Positions 8,096 through 18,375 are shown, counted from the first letter of the stretch. The stretch: DNA of 31,438 bases from Clostridia bacterium (GCA_017505675.1 JAFVOV010000067.1:1-31438); one strand, 5' to 3'. A program made the numbers and translations. The notes: a model not told the origin generated them from the letters alone.

Positions 8096-8943
8096 CCTTT
8101 AATACCCCCCGCAGTAACGTTTTCCATAATAGTGTTTTGCATCATAACGAATAATAGTAAAACGGGCGCAGTTGCAACAAGCATTAACGCAAAGAACATT
8201 GGGTAAATCTGTTGCGCAAGCGCGTTTGCTTCTATTTCAAATAATCCTACTGCAATGGTCGGTTTAGTCGGCAGATACATATACGGCGTATAATAGTCGT
8301 TCCAAGTACCTATCGCGCTTATGATAAAGAGCGAGAACATAACCGGGAATACCTGCGGTAACATTATTTGCATAAACGTTCTAAAGTTTGAAGCGCCGTC
8401 AATAAACGCGGCTTCGGCGTACGTCCAAGACAACGTGCTGAAAGTTGAATATAGTAGCAAGAACCCTGAACCAAATCCACCGCCACCCATTAAAAAGAGT
8501 GAAAAGTAAGTGTCGTAAATCCCAAGGTCGTGCCACAACTGGAAGGTTGCCGCCGTTGAGCCGATACCGGGAATAACCATTATAACTAGCGCTACGTTAA
8601 ATATAAGTTTATTTAGTTTAAATCTGTATTTAGACAAGATATAAGACGTACACGCAGCAAAGAACTGACCGGGGATACAAATGATTACAACGTTCATTAC
8701 CGAATGGAAGAACATTACTAAAAGATTTGCGCCCTTGTGAACGTGCGTTATAGCGTCAAAATAGTTTGCAAATATCCACCTTGACGGTAGACCGAAAGAG
8801 TCTGCACGGAAGTCAACGTCCATTTTAAATGAATTTAAAAACATCCAAATAAACGGATATATAAGCGAAATTGAATAAATAAGGAAGACTATGAAAACTA
8901 TAATAAACGCAGTCTTTTGACCTTTTGTTTGTGCCTTTACCAT
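8092..8943 (-). CDS. Carbohydrate ABC transporter permease (MalG-type)
   Basis: EAA motif (YAEAAFIDGASNFRTFMQIMLP), WNDYY, multiple TM helices. Start moved from 8964 to ATG 8943, which has an AAGGGGGA RBS and avoids overlap with the upstream gene. Confidence 0.93.
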   Translation of the reverse strand: MVKAQTKGQKTAFIIVFIVFLIYSISLIYPFIWMFLNSFKMDVDFRADSFGLPSRWIFANYFDAITHVHKGANLLVMFFHSVMNVVIICIPGQFFAACTSYILSKYRFKLNKLIFNVALVIMVIPGIGSTAATFQLWHDLGIYDTYFSLFLMGGGGFGSGFLLLYSTFSTLSWTYAEAAFIDGASNFRTFMQIMLPQVFPVMFSLFIISAIGTWNDYYTPYMYLPTKPTIAVGLFEIEANALAQQIYPMFFALMLVATAPVLLLFVMMQNTIMENVTAGGIKG

Positions 8944-8953
8944 AATATCCCCC

Positions 8954-9874
8954 TTAATATTCAACGTCAGGCGTCAACTTATTTAAAAGCGCCCTTACGC
9001 CTATCATAATCGGCGCGCCTATAAGGGTAATAAGCGTACCCAAAGTTGCCGCGCTCGCCTGCCCGTTTTTACCGCCGACTTTAGTTGAGTTTACTATGTA
9101 TAGCGGTAAAGTAAGCCTATCGCCCACACCAGTACCAAACAAAAGTTGTGGTTGAACGAAAGTTGTAAATATACCCGAAACGCTGAAAAGCATCATAGTT
9201 GCTATAGTTGAGAAAACAAGCGGAATTACTATTTGCACTAATTCTCTCATAAGCCCAACGCCGTCAAGTTGACCACTTTCAATAACTTCGCTTGGAATAC
9301 GGAGCATAGAGCCTTGTATCAAAAGTATTTGATAGCCTATACCCGACCACGCAAGGAAGAAGTTAAGCATTGCGTAAGCGTCTTGCCTTGAGCCGTACCA
9401 ACCGCCTTTAGGTATTAAACTTTCAAGCCCTAAACTTTTAACTAACATTGTAACAGGTCCGAAATCAGCAAACATACCCTTAAACGCCATAACTAGCGTT
9501 ACCATAGAGATAATACTCGGCATAAAGAATATTACCCTGAAAGTTTTATATCCCCAAACTTTCTTATATAAAAAGTATGAAAATAGAACTGATAACGGCA
9601 AGATTATAAAGAACTTTGGCGGGAACAATGAAAGCGAGTTTAAAAACGACGCGAAAATATTACCGCCGTCCACGAAAATATCTTCGTAAACGTTTATGTA
9701 GTTATATAATCCAACGTAAATTGCCTTATCGCCGTCGTAACGGTATAGGGACATAGTAAAGTTACTGATATTCATATAGAAAGTAAAGAACAACATATGC
9801 ACGATAGGATACGCGAGCATAAGGATAATGAATATCGTATCTTTCTTTGATTTTTTTCTTTTTACTTGCGACAT
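8954..9874 (-). CDS. Carbohydrate ABC transporter permease (MalF-type)
   Basis: YVGLYNY, FFMPSIIS, EAA-like IPSEVIESGQLDG, LVQIVIPLV; multiple TM helices. Confidence 0.93.
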   Translation of the reverse strand: MSQVKRKKSKKDTIFIILMLAYPIVHMLFFTFYMNISNFTMSLYRYDGDKAIYVGLYNYINVYEDIFVDGGNIFASFLNSLSLFPPKFFIILPLSVLFSYFLYKKVWGYKTFRVIFFMPSIISMVTLVMAFKGMFADFGPVTMLVKSLGLESLIPKGGWYGSRQDAYAMLNFFLAWSGIGYQILLIQGSMLRIPSEVIESGQLDGVGLMRELVQIVIPLVFSTIATMMLFSVSGIFTTFVQPQLLFGTGVGDRLTLPLYIVNSTKVGGKNGQASAATLGTLITLIGAPIMIGVRALLNKLTPDVEY

Positions 9875-9897
9875 TTAAGCGCCCCCTGAATTTACTT

Positions 9898-11358
9898 TTA
9901 TTTGGTTAAATTGTTAATTTGTAACCAACTATCCCATTCTCTTGCAGATTCACTTATTTCCGTTTGATAATCAACTGACGGAGCGTCGTGACCAGCAACA
10001 ACGTAATCCATATAAGCAAGTTTTCTCCACTTGCTAGTAGTACCTGTTCTAACTAATTTCCACTTATTTCCGGTTGCATTCTTTGGAACGTCGTAAATAA
10101 GAACGTCAGAATCTTTACGGAGAGTTAAAACGCCTTCTGCAAATTCGCTAACGCTTGCGTCTTCTAAAATTTTATTAGAGAACTCTCTATAATACGGTCT
10201 CATTGAACCAAACATAGTTACTGATAAAAGTGAAGATTCGTAATTCATATAGTACGCAAGGAACTTTTTAGCAAGTTCAACGTTGGTATCTTCACGGTTA
10301 GGTATAATACCGATACCGCCACCGCCACAGAACAACACGTCAGTAGATTTATGCGTTGAATCTATATAAGGTACGCGCACCATTTCTATAGTAGCGCCCC
10401 AACTTGAAATACTACCCTTTGATTCGTAAGCAATCCACGCGCCGTTAGGAATAAGCACCGCTCTACCAGAAACGAAAAGGTTTTGCGATTCAATGTGGTC
10501 TGCGTTAATACAGGTATCAATAGCCGTATTTTCAAGGTCAAGCGATTCAAACGCTTCAAACGCTTTTAACCTACCGATATCTTTATAAACGTCTGCATTT
10601 TCCATTGCGAAGAAATCTTGATAAGCGTCATAACCAGAGTATTGCACCCACCAAGAAGAAACCATACTGTCAAAATATCCAGGATATTTACCGGGGTAAC
10701 TATATCCTTTTACAGGGCCTGAACCAGAACCGTCAAGATAGGTAAACGGATAAGTTTCAGATAAACTCATAATATTTTTAACCCAAGTGTTAAGGTCTGC
10801 AACAGTTTTAACGCTGTCAAATTTCTTTTTAGAACCCCAAGCGGATAAACCTTCATAATAATCAGCAACCGTTCTATTTAATACTAACGACTGAATAGGT
10901 TCGCCCGTGCTTATTGAGTAATAGCCAACCGTGCCGTCAGTTCCTTCAGCAGTACCAAGCGCTTTAGCGCCGTCAAGAAGAGCGCTATCAATGGTGTTGC
11001 CTTCGTCGTCGCCGAAAGATTCAGCGTAAACATCTGAAATTTCAACGAGTTTACCTGCGCGGGCAAAGTCGTAAACGCGGATATCGTCAATCAAAAGTAA
11101 ATCTTCTTTGGTATAATCGGTTTCAATTTCCGTTTTTGCAAGTTCAGAAAAACCTTTATCCGACCTATTGATAACTATATCGTATTCCGGATATTTTGCT
11201 TCAAAGTTAGCAATAACCTGTTCAAGATACGCTTTACCGTAACCGGATTCTTGATAACCTATCCAAAGGGTGTTTTCACCTTTGCCACCACCGCCACAGC
11301 CTGCGAGAGTTCCGCACGCCATAACTGCCGATAAAACTAAAACTAAAAATTTCTTCAT
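9898..11358 (-). CDS. Sugar ABC transporter solute-binding lipoprotein
   Basis: Lipobox LAG-C; family-1 SBP motifs (FEAKYPEYDI, FVSGRAVLIPNGAW, ELAKKFLAY); directly upstream of the two permeases. Confidence 0.9.
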   Translation of the reverse strand: MKKFLVLVLSAVMACGTLAGCGGGGKGENTLWIGYQESGYGKAYLEQVIANFEAKYPEYDIVINRSDKGFSELAKTEIETDYTKEDLLLIDDIRVYDFARAGKLVEISDVYAESFGDDEGNTIDSALLDGAKALGTAEGTDGTVGYYSISTGEPIQSLVLNRTVADYYEGLSAWGSKKKFDSVKTVADLNTWVKNIMSLSETYPFTYLDGSGSGPVKGYSYPGKYPGYFDSMVSSWWVQYSGYDAYQDFFAMENADVYKDIGRLKAFEAFESLDLENTAIDTCINADHIESQNLFVSGRAVLIPNGAWIAYESKGSISSWGATIEMVRVPYIDSTHKSTDVLFCGGGGIGIIPNREDTNVELAKKFLAYYMNYESSLLSVTMFGSMRPYYREFSNKILEDASVSEFAEGVLTLRKDSDVLIYDVPKNATGNKWKLVRTGTTSKWRKLAYMDYVVAGHDAPSVDYQTEISESAREWDSWLQINNLTK

Positions 11359-11407
11359 TTCATTTTTCTCCTTTTTTTATTTTTTTGGCTATTGTTTATG
11401 ATAGAGC

Positions 11408-14400
11408 CTATTTCTTAATGAAACGTTTTTTTATTACAATAAGTACGATTACTAATGCAACCGTGCAAGTTGCCGTGATAATAAACGCCGTGAAAATCTT
11501 TTTTAGATTTTCTTGATATTCTTGGCTATATTCTTCTTCAGTAATTAAAGAACTTTGAACGTCCTTTTTAACGTAATTTGCGGTGATTTCCACAAATCTT
11601 TCAGTTGTGGGATTTCCATCAGCATCAAATTCAGAATCAAGCGCGGGGATATTGATTATCAAAGAGCCGTCTTCATAACCCGCTCTATCAACTATTGAGA
11701 ACATACCGAACGTTATTCTGTTTCCGCCCGTACTTTCGGTAACTACCGAACAAGTATCGGTTGCGGTAAGTTCGTTCTTTAGCGTTCCCCAAACTTTAAG
11801 GTTAGTATTACCGTTTAACATATTAGCGCTATCGTCTAACGCGGAAAGACCTAAATAATATTTACATACAACCGTTTCAGCCGTAGCAGTTCTTTCTTTA
11901 TAAGCAATAGTCCAACCGTCAAAATTATATTTTTGAACGTTTTCAGGCATAATACCTAAATCCAAGCCACTTGCAAAATATCTGTTTACTACGCTTGCCG
12001 CCTTATCTTTACCGTTGTTTATAACCACCATACTTGCCGGTAAGAATTTTGCAGTATATTGCTCGGACTGCAATGCGATAACCGTATATTCAATATCTTT
12101 AGAAACTCTGCTGTTCCCTAAATACCAACCGTCGAAAACGTATTCGTTATAAACTTCTGCGTAAAGGGTAATTTCCGTAGACGTGATTAAAGTTTTTTCA
12201 TCAACGCCGTCTTCATCTATGTAAACCTTACCCGCCGCCGCGTTATCGTTTAACGCCGTTACCGTGCACATTGTAGCGCTACCGATATCGTCAGCCGTTG
12301 CGCCTTCGTAAACGTAAGTATCGGTTGGCCGATAATCTTTAATCGTATAAGCGCGCAAATCGCTTAAAGCAAGTTTAGTGGTATCTTCAACCATAAGCGC
12401 AACTCTTACGGTTGAGCCAACTTCGTATTCTTTCAAATCGTCGTATACTGTAATGTTGTTCCAACTGTAACCGTTCTGCGGTTTATATTGCATAGTTACC
12501 GTGCCGTCCTTAAACGAGAACAACGCCCTTAAAGAGTAACCCATATGGAACAAAAAGTTACGCATCTTATCGTTCATAGTTTCCGTCAAACCGTCTGACG
12601 CTATAAACGCATAAAAATCAGAAGTATCGCCGTCAATAAAACTACCGCTTATTACGGGATTACCTTCAACTTCCCTATCGATAACTTCGGGGTCGGCAGG
12701 CAAAGTGTCGCCGTCGGTAATAAGATAACCGAGTGTATAATTAGCGTCAGTATAAGAAATGCTTTCAATAGAATATTCAAGCGCCAAATAGTCGTAATCT
12801 TCGCTTACGGTAAACGGCTCGAAAGATGCGTACGCGTCAGCCGTTGCATTAAGAACTAAACCGCCGTCAGTCCTTTCACCTTCACCCTTAAATTCCATTT
12901 CTTGTTCTGCTGATGCGGCAATATCTTCGTTCTTTGCCGTGTACACCTTAAATTCATCAACTTCAATGGTCATACCGCCGTACATTTCAAAACCGACGTA
13001 TAAAGTATTGTCAACGCAACCTTGCGCAGCCTGCGGTACGGTAAAGGTTTGCCACAAAGTATAATCAGGTTCAACCGCGCTCTTCATATATAGTTTATAA
13101 GTGTTGAGTTTGGGGCTAAACACCGCCATTATATTGTTACCTGCTTCTTTAAATAAACTATAAAAAGTTATTGCGTACGTAACAACCAAGTTCTTTTGGT
13201 CTGCCGGCATATCGGCGTTATTAGTTAAATAATAAGTTCCGCGGTTTAAATCGTATTGCATTGAAACGCAAGTGTTTTCCGTGTAGAAACTTCCGTAAGC
13301 GCCTTCGTGAGATTTGCCGTTAGCAAAAGTAAACGAAGTTTTTTGGTAATAGTTTGGCGATTCCATAGTCCAACGGATATTTTCCATATAAACTATAACG
13401 CTTTCGTCGTCCCCTACGGTAACGGGGTCTTCCGTGTAAATAAAACGGCAAGGCGCGCTATCGCCGGGTTGAACGAGAGAAATCTTTTCGCTAGTAGACG
13501 TTTTTTCATACTCAAGGTCACCTTCGTCAAAAACGAGTTCAGGGCCTTCCGTTGCATAAGACTTTATGTCCGCTGGGAAATAAACGGAAATTGACGGCAT
13601 TTTAATATGTACCTTATCAACCATCTGTAACCCTACGTAAACATCACCGGACGGTAAATTAGCGTTCGTATCGGTAAACACTTCTTTAAATGCAACGCCT
13701 TCAGATAAACGAACTAAAAGCGTAAAGGTGTTTGTAACAAAATTAAATCTTGCTTTAACGCTTCTGCCTGAAGTAAAAATTGAGTTTACTTCAACGAAAT
13801 CGTCAATAAACGTGCCGTTTTCAAAATCGCCGTTTAAGTATTTGGTTACGCCTTGAGACTGGTTAAAAGAATAAAATATCGCGCCCGTTCCACCGATTAT
13901 TCCGTCAGCGCTCTTATCTTTACCGATAGCAAAACCTATCTTTCCGCCGTCAACGCTAAAAGTAGACGTTTCAAGTGAAACTACGATTTCTTCACCGTCT
14001 AAAGTAGAAACGGTATTTTTATTTGAATAATTAACCTTTTTACCAGTTGCGCTATCTAACTCAACGAACGCGCCACCGTCAACCTTGTTCAATTCAGTAG
14101 CGTAAGCGGGTGTATCGTCAACATTAGCGCACACTTCGGTATAATTAAATGAAAGCGCGTCCATAACGAGTTCTGCGCCTTTAGAGAACATAAACCCGAA
14201 AACGTATTCGCCGTCACTTAAGGTTTTAAGCCCCGTTACCTTTTGAACGGTAGAATAAAGGTTTGAGCCGGAAATTTTCTTTTCCAAAACGAAAGTTCCG
14301 TTTCCATTGTCAAACGTTGCCTTATAAGCATAGTCACGCTTTAAAAGTTCGGTTTTACCGTATTTGGCGTTATCAATAACTACGTTTTCCGAACCGATAA

Positions 14401-14731
14401 CTGAAGTTTCGTTATCAAAAAGAACTGCGTAGCCGAACTCACTATTATCCGCGTCAATTAGCGAAGAATTAAGTTCTTCTGCTTTTACGATACCGAAACC
14501 AACGTAACTTTCACCGGTGTTAATAACGTAAGGCAAATCAAAAGTAACGTTAACAGAATCGTTTGAATCAATAACGTAAACTTCTTCACTTGCAACGTAA
14601 CCGTTTTCATCTGCAACAACGTGAATTCTTTGCGTTGCCGCAAATGCGCCGAAGGTACAAAAGCCCGCGATAATAAAAATTACCGAAAGTGTTGTTAAAA
14701 GTGTTAAAATTTTCTTTTTCGTACCCAACAT
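11408..14731 (-). CDS. Giant surface protein with four ~200-aa beta-sandwich repeats, InlB-B-like stalk and C-terminal membrane anchor
   Basis: Signal peptide (KKKILTLLTTLSVIFIIAGFCTFGAFA); repeated motif YAYKATF/SVKARFNF/NIMAVFSP/SLRALFSF; YVFDGWY and YNFDGWT stalk motifs; TM IFTAFIITATCTVALVIVLIVI followed by KKRFIKK. Start moved from TTG 14749 to ATG 14731, which follows an AGGAG RBS. Confidence 0.8.
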   Translation of the reverse strand: MLGTKKKILTLLTTLSVIFIIAGFCTFGAFAATQRIHVVADENGYVASEEVYVIDSNDSVNVTFDLPYVINTGESYVGFGIVKAEELNSSLIDADNSEFGYAVLFDNETSVIGSENVVIDNAKYGKTELLKRDYAYKATFDNGNGTFVLEKKISGSNLYSTVQKVTGLKTLSDGEYVFGFMFSKGAELVMDALSFNYTEVCANVDDTPAYATELNKVDGGAFVELDSATGKKVNYSNKNTVSTLDGEEIVVSLETSTFSVDGGKIGFAIGKDKSADGIIGGTGAIFYSFNQSQGVTKYLNGDFENGTFIDDFVEVNSIFTSGRSVKARFNFVTNTFTLLVRLSEGVAFKEVFTDTNANLPSGDVYVGLQMVDKVHIKMPSISVYFPADIKSYATEGPELVFDEGDLEYEKTSTSEKISLVQPGDSAPCRFIYTEDPVTVGDDESVIVYMENIRWTMESPNYYQKTSFTFANGKSHEGAYGSFYTENTCVSMQYDLNRGTYYLTNNADMPADQKNLVVTYAITFYSLFKEAGNNIMAVFSPKLNTYKLYMKSAVEPDYTLWQTFTVPQAAQGCVDNTLYVGFEMYGGMTIEVDEFKVYTAKNEDIAASAEQEMEFKGEGERTDGGLVLNATADAYASFEPFTVSEDYDYLALEYSIESISYTDANYTLGYLITDGDTLPADPEVIDREVEGNPVISGSFIDGDTSDFYAFIASDGLTETMNDKMRNFLFHMGYSLRALFSFKDGTVTMQYKPQNGYSWNNITVYDDLKEYEVGSTVRVALMVEDTTKLALSDLRAYTIKDYRPTDTYVYEGATADDIGSATMCTVTALNDNAAAGKVYIDEDGVDEKTLITSTEITLYAEVYNEYVFDGWYLGNSRVSKDIEYTVIALQSEQYTAKFLPASMVVINNGKDKAASVVNRYFASGLDLGIMPENVQKYNFDGWTIAYKERTATAETVVCKYYLGLSALDDSANMLNGNTNLKVWGTLKNELTATDTCSVVTESTGGNRITFGMFSIVDRAGYEDGSLIINIPALDSEFDADGNPTTERFVEITANYVKKDVQSSLITEEEYSQEYQENLKKIFTAFIITATCTVALVIVLIVIKKRFIKK

Positions 14732-14742
14732 TTTGCTCCTTT

Positions 14743-14835
14743 TTTCCAAAATTTGGAAATTTTATTAAATTAAATCCATCAAAATCCGTTTATGCTTTAG
14801 CGGTTTATGCTAAAGCATAGAGGGATGTCCCTCTA
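14743..14835. promoter_or_regulatory. Cluster of three perfect inverted repeats in the operon leader
   Basis: TTTCCAAA-a-TTTGGAAA (14743-14759), TATGCTTTAGC-7nt-GCTAAAGCATA (14791-14819), TAGAGGGA-tg-TCCCTCTA (14818-14835). Confidence 0.55.
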
Positions 14836-14865
14836 AATGAATTTAAAATTATGGCACCATACTGT

Positions 14866-14871
14866 ATTATA
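14866..14871 (-). promoter_or_regulatory. Candidate -10 box (TATAAT) of the leftward carbohydrate operon; poor -35
   Basis: Plus-strand attata at 14866-14871; the -35 position reads CGACTT/CCGACT, consistent with an activator-dependent promoter (inference). Confidence 0.4.
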
Positions 14872-14973
14872 ATGTTACCATAGCAAAAAAGTCGGTTTCA
14901 ATACATTCTTAAAAAAATTTATTGCGTTTTGTTTGTATTGAGTGTTTTTTAACATTTATTTTTGTTTAATATG

Positions 14974-15002
14974 TTGATTTTTTCCATTTTTTAGTGTATA
15001 AC
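14974..15002 (+). promoter_or_regulatory. Candidate sigmaA promoter for the AraC gene
   Basis: TTGATT (14974-14979), 17 nt, TATAAC (14997-15002). Confidence 0.45.
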
Positions 15003-15041
15003 AATAATGGCTGAAAAATTTTACAGCCTTTCGGGGAATTT

Positions 15042-15932
15042 ATGAAAAATAGAGATGTTAGGGTTATCAACCAAATTGAAAATTTTAACGTAAAAATCAA
15101 CAACTGTGGCGTGGATAGGCATTCATATTTATTAAGTGAAAATCCATCTATTCATCACTACGGCTTTTTCGCTATTTACGACGGCACGGGCAGTTATATT
15201 CTAAACGGCAAAACCTTTCCCATAAAAAAGGGTGACGTTTGCTATATTCCGCGCGGTATGCCCTACGCAACCAAATCCGACGTGGACGCGCCGTTTAAAC
15301 TTTATTACCTTGCGTTTAACAGCCCGGACGGGCCTTCGCTTATGAGTAGAATGGGGTTCTCTATTGATAGCCCCGTTATAAGCACGGAAAGCGACTACGT
15401 AAAGAAAAAACTTGCCGCAATTTTTAAACTTTTATCATACGACTCGTTTAACCGCGTAATGAAAGCGAATATGGTGCTTTTTGAAATATTCTATTATTTT
15501 TTCAAGCGCAACAAAGCAAACGACAAAATTAACACCGATAAAAACAGATACGTTAAAATTGCTGAAGATATTATTCAACAAAATTACACTACTAATATCT
15601 CCGTTGACACTATTGCAAAACACTTACACTTAAACAGAACTTATCTTTCCCACCTTTTCGTAAGCATAAAAGGGCTTTCAATAAAGCAATACCTAACCGC
15701 GTTTAGGATTGAAAAGGCTATGGACTTACTTCACGAAGGCAAACTCACTATCGCTCAAATAGCGCAGGAAGTTGGGTTTAACGATTCTGTAAACTTTTAC
15801 CGTCAATTTAAAAAATTAAATTACGTTTCTCCTAAACAATTTCAGCAAAACCTTAAAAACGATAAAGGCAGAATTCAACGTGATGAAGATAGGCTTAAAC
15901 TTCTAAAGTCCGTATACGATAAAGAAAATTAA
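15042..15932 (+). CDS. AraC family transcriptional regulator
   Basis: N-terminal cupin ligand-binding domain (GTGSYILNGKTFPIKKGD) and C-terminal double HTH (ISVDTIAKHLHLNRTYLSHLF...IAQEVGFNDSVNFYRQFKK); divergent from the sugar operon. Confidence 0.95.
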   Translation: MKNRDVRVINQIENFNVKINNCGVDRHSYLLSENPSIHHYGFFAIYDGTGSYILNGKTFPIKKGDVCYIPRGMPYATKSDVDAPFKLYYLAFNSPDGPSLMSRMGFSIDSPVISTESDYVKKKLAAIFKLLSYDSFNRVMKANMVLFEIFYYFFKRNKANDKINTDKNRYVKIAEDIIQQNYTTNISVDTIAKHLHLNRTYLSHLFVSIKGLSIKQYLTAFRIEKAMDLLHEGKLTIAQIAQEVGFNDSVNFYRQFKKLNYVSPKQFQQNLKNDKGRIQRDEDRLKLLKSVYDKEN

Positions 15933-15968
15933 AAAAGCCGCCGTTACTGATGCGTAACGGCGGCTTTT
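15933..15968. terminator. Bidirectional intrinsic terminator
   Basis: aaaagccgccgttac / gtaacggcggctttt perfect stem between the convergent AraC and typA genes. Confidence 0.9.
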
Positions 15969-15986
15969 AACATATTAAATTATTTT

Positions 15987-17810
15987 TTATTCAAGCCCTT
16001 TTGCCTTTCTTTTTAATCTAGTTTCGGTGTCTAAAGTTTTCTTTCTTATTCTTATATTTTTAGGAGTAATTTCAAGCATTTCGTCGTCGTTAATAAACTC
16101 CATTGCCTCTTCTAAACTCATAATTTTCGGCGTTTCAAGGCGGAGAGCGTCGTCAGAGCCTGATGCGCGCGTATTAGTTAAGTGTTTTTTCTTACATACG
16201 TTTACGCTAATATCTTCATTTTTCGGACATACGCCAACTACCATACCTTCATAAACTTGAGTGCCTGCGCCGATAAACAGTTGCCCCCTGCCCTGCGCGT
16301 TAAATAGCCCGTAAGTAACCGCTTCGCCCGTTTCAAACGCAACTAAAGAACCTGTCGCCCTGCGTTCAATCTCGCCCTTAAATTCTTCGTATCCGTAGAA
16401 TATGGTATTGAAAACGCCTTCGCCTCTGGTTTCGGTTAAAAACTGACTTTTATATCCAAACAATCCCCTTGCAGGAACTTTAAATTCTAACCTTATTCTG
16501 CTACCGATATTTTCCATTTGTAAAAGTTCGCCTTTTCTAACGCCCATACTAGAGAAAACGCTACCCGTCTTATCTTCAGGAACGTCAACTACTAACCTTT
16601 CCATAGGCTCAAGCATAACGCCGTTTTCTTCTTTGAACATTACTTTAGGCGCGCCTACTTGGAACTCGTAACCTGCGCGGCGCATTGTTTCAATCAAAAT
16701 AGATAAGTGCATTTCACCCCTACCGCAAACCCTATATGAATCAGCGGAATCAGTTTCTTCTACACGCAAAGAAACGTCCTTTAACATTTCCTTAAACAAC
16801 CTATCGCGTAGATGACGCGTAGTTACGAACTTACCTTCTTTACCAGCAAACGGGCTGTCGTTTACGGAAAACAACATCTCAACCGTAGGCTCGGAAATCT
16901 TAACGAACGGCACGGGTTCAACCAACTGCGGAGCGCAAATCGTATCGCCGATAGAAATGTTTTCAAGTCCGCTTACGCACACTATATCGCCTGCTTTAGC
17001 GTCTTCAACGGCAACTCTATTTAACCCTTCTATTTGATAAATGCTAACGAGTTTACCTTTAACTTCTTTACCCGTGATATTATAGTTGCAAGTTTGAACT
17101 TCTTGATTGACGGAAACCTTGCCACGCTCTATTCTACCGATACCTATTCTACCAACGTATTCGTTATAGTCAATAGATGAAACTAACATTTGGAAAGGCC
17201 CATCCATATCCACTTCTTGTGGCTCAAAATGGTTTATTATAGCGTCAAACAAGGGGGTAAGGTCTGTTCCTTGTACCTTGCAGTCGGTACTTGCAGTACC
17301 CGCCCTACCAGAGCAGAAAATAATGGGGCTATCAATTTGGTCGTCACTTGCGTTAAGGTCAAAAAGAAGTTCTAAAATTTCATCTTGAACTTCAGAAAGC
17401 CTTGCGTCCGGGCGGTCAATTTTATTTACTACTATAATAAGTTTATGATTAAGTTCAAGCGCCTTTTGCATAACGAAACGCGTTTGTGGCATAGGGCCTT
17501 CACAAGCGTCTACAAGTACCAAAACGCCGTTTACCATCTTTAAAACACGCTCAACTTCTCCACCGAAGTCTGCGTGACCGGGCGTATCAACTATATTTAT
17601 TTTTACGCCGTTATAAAACGCCGAAGTGTTTTTTGCAAGTATGGTAATTCCGCGTTCTCTTTCCAAATCGCCAGAGTCCATAACCCTATCCATAACGTCT
17701 TGATTTTCACGGAATATTCCGCCTTGTTTTAACATCTCGTTGACAAGCGTGGTTTTACCGTGGTCAACGTGCGCGATAATAGCAACGTTTCTTACGTCAG
17801 TTCTTTTCAA
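15987..17810 (-). CDS. typA: Translational GTPase TypA/BipA
   Basis: [65 protein letters not shown]; TTG start. Confidence 0.98.
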   Translation of the reverse strand: MKRTDVRNVAIIAHVDHGKTTLVNEMLKQGGIFRENQDVMDRVMDSGDLERERGITILAKNTSAFYNGVKINIVDTPGHADFGGEVERVLKMVNGVLVLVDACEGPMPQTRFVMQKALELNHKLIIVVNKIDRPDARLSEVQDEILELLFDLNASDDQIDSPIIFCSGRAGTASTDCKVQGTDLTPLFDAIINHFEPQEVDMDGPFQMLVSSIDYNEYVGRIGIGRIERGKVSVNQEVQTCNYNITGKEVKGKLVSIYQIEGLNRVAVEDAKAGDIVCVSGLENISIGDTICAPQLVEPVPFVKISEPTVEMLFSVNDSPFAGKEGKFVTTRHLRDRLFKEMLKDVSLRVEETDSADSYRVCGRGEMHLSILIETMRRAGYEFQVGAPKVMFKEENGVMLEPMERLVVDVPEDKTGSVFSSMGVRKGELLQMENIGSRIRLEFKVPARGLFGYKSQFLTETRGEGVFNTIFYGYEEFKGEIERRATGSLVAFETGEAVTYGLFNAQGRGQLFIGAGTQVYEGMVVGVCPKNEDISVNVCKKKHLTNTRASGSDDALRLETPKIMSLEEAMEFINDDEMLEITPKNIRIRKKTLDTETRLKRKAKGLE

Positions 17811-17850
17811 AGTTTTGTCCGTCCTTTTAACAAGTTTTCAGCACTTTCCC

Positions 17851-18375
17851 TTATTTTTCAAGGATACTTAAAACCGCAATAATTGTTTTAGCGTCTTTTA
17901 TTATACCCTTATCTATCATTTTTTTTACTTCTTTTTTATCGAACCATTCACCCGTCAAAAATTCGTCTTCATCAAGGTGAACTTTAGTTTCAGTTATCCC
18001 TTCCGCGCGATAAATTCTTATAATCTCATCAGTATACGCAGGCGAAGGATAAACGTCAAATAACTTTATAACCTTATCGGCTTTAACACCGCCTTCTTCT
18101 TCAAGTTCGCGGAGCGCAGTTTGTTCAGGCGTTTCCCCTGCGTTAAGTTTACCCGCTGGGATTTCCCAAATTTCTTCTTTATAAGGATAACGGAATTGCT
18201 TAACGAGCAAGATTTTCCCGTCACGTTCGCAAAGTATCGCGCTACCACCGCTATGTTCTATAACTTCACGCACCGCAGGCTCTCCGTTCGGCAAAACGAT
18301 ATCGTCTTTTCTTAAATTCAAAATTTTGCCTTTATGGATATAAGTTTTTTTAACCGTTTCTTCCTTAAATTGCAT
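17851..18375 (-). CDS. nudF: NUDIX hydrolase, ADP-ribose pyrophosphatase-like
   Basis: Nudix box GKLNAGETPEQTALRELEEEGG; REVIEH, KQFRYP and DAKT motifs typical of ADPRases. Confidence 0.85.
   Translation of the reverse strand: MQFKEETVKKTYIHKGKILNLRKDDIVLPNGEPAVREVIEHSGGSAILCERDGKILLVKQFRYPYKEEIWEIPAGKLNAGETPEQTALRELEEEGGVKADKVIKLFDVYPSPAYTDEIIRIYRAEGITETKVHLDEDEFLTGEWFDKKEVKKMIDKGIIKDAKTIIAVLSILEK

Noticed and set aside
8092-11358. ABC transporter lacking an ATPase gene
   Set aside because: Common in Firmicute sugar transporters, which share a MsmX/MalK-type ATPase encoded elsewhere; not novel.
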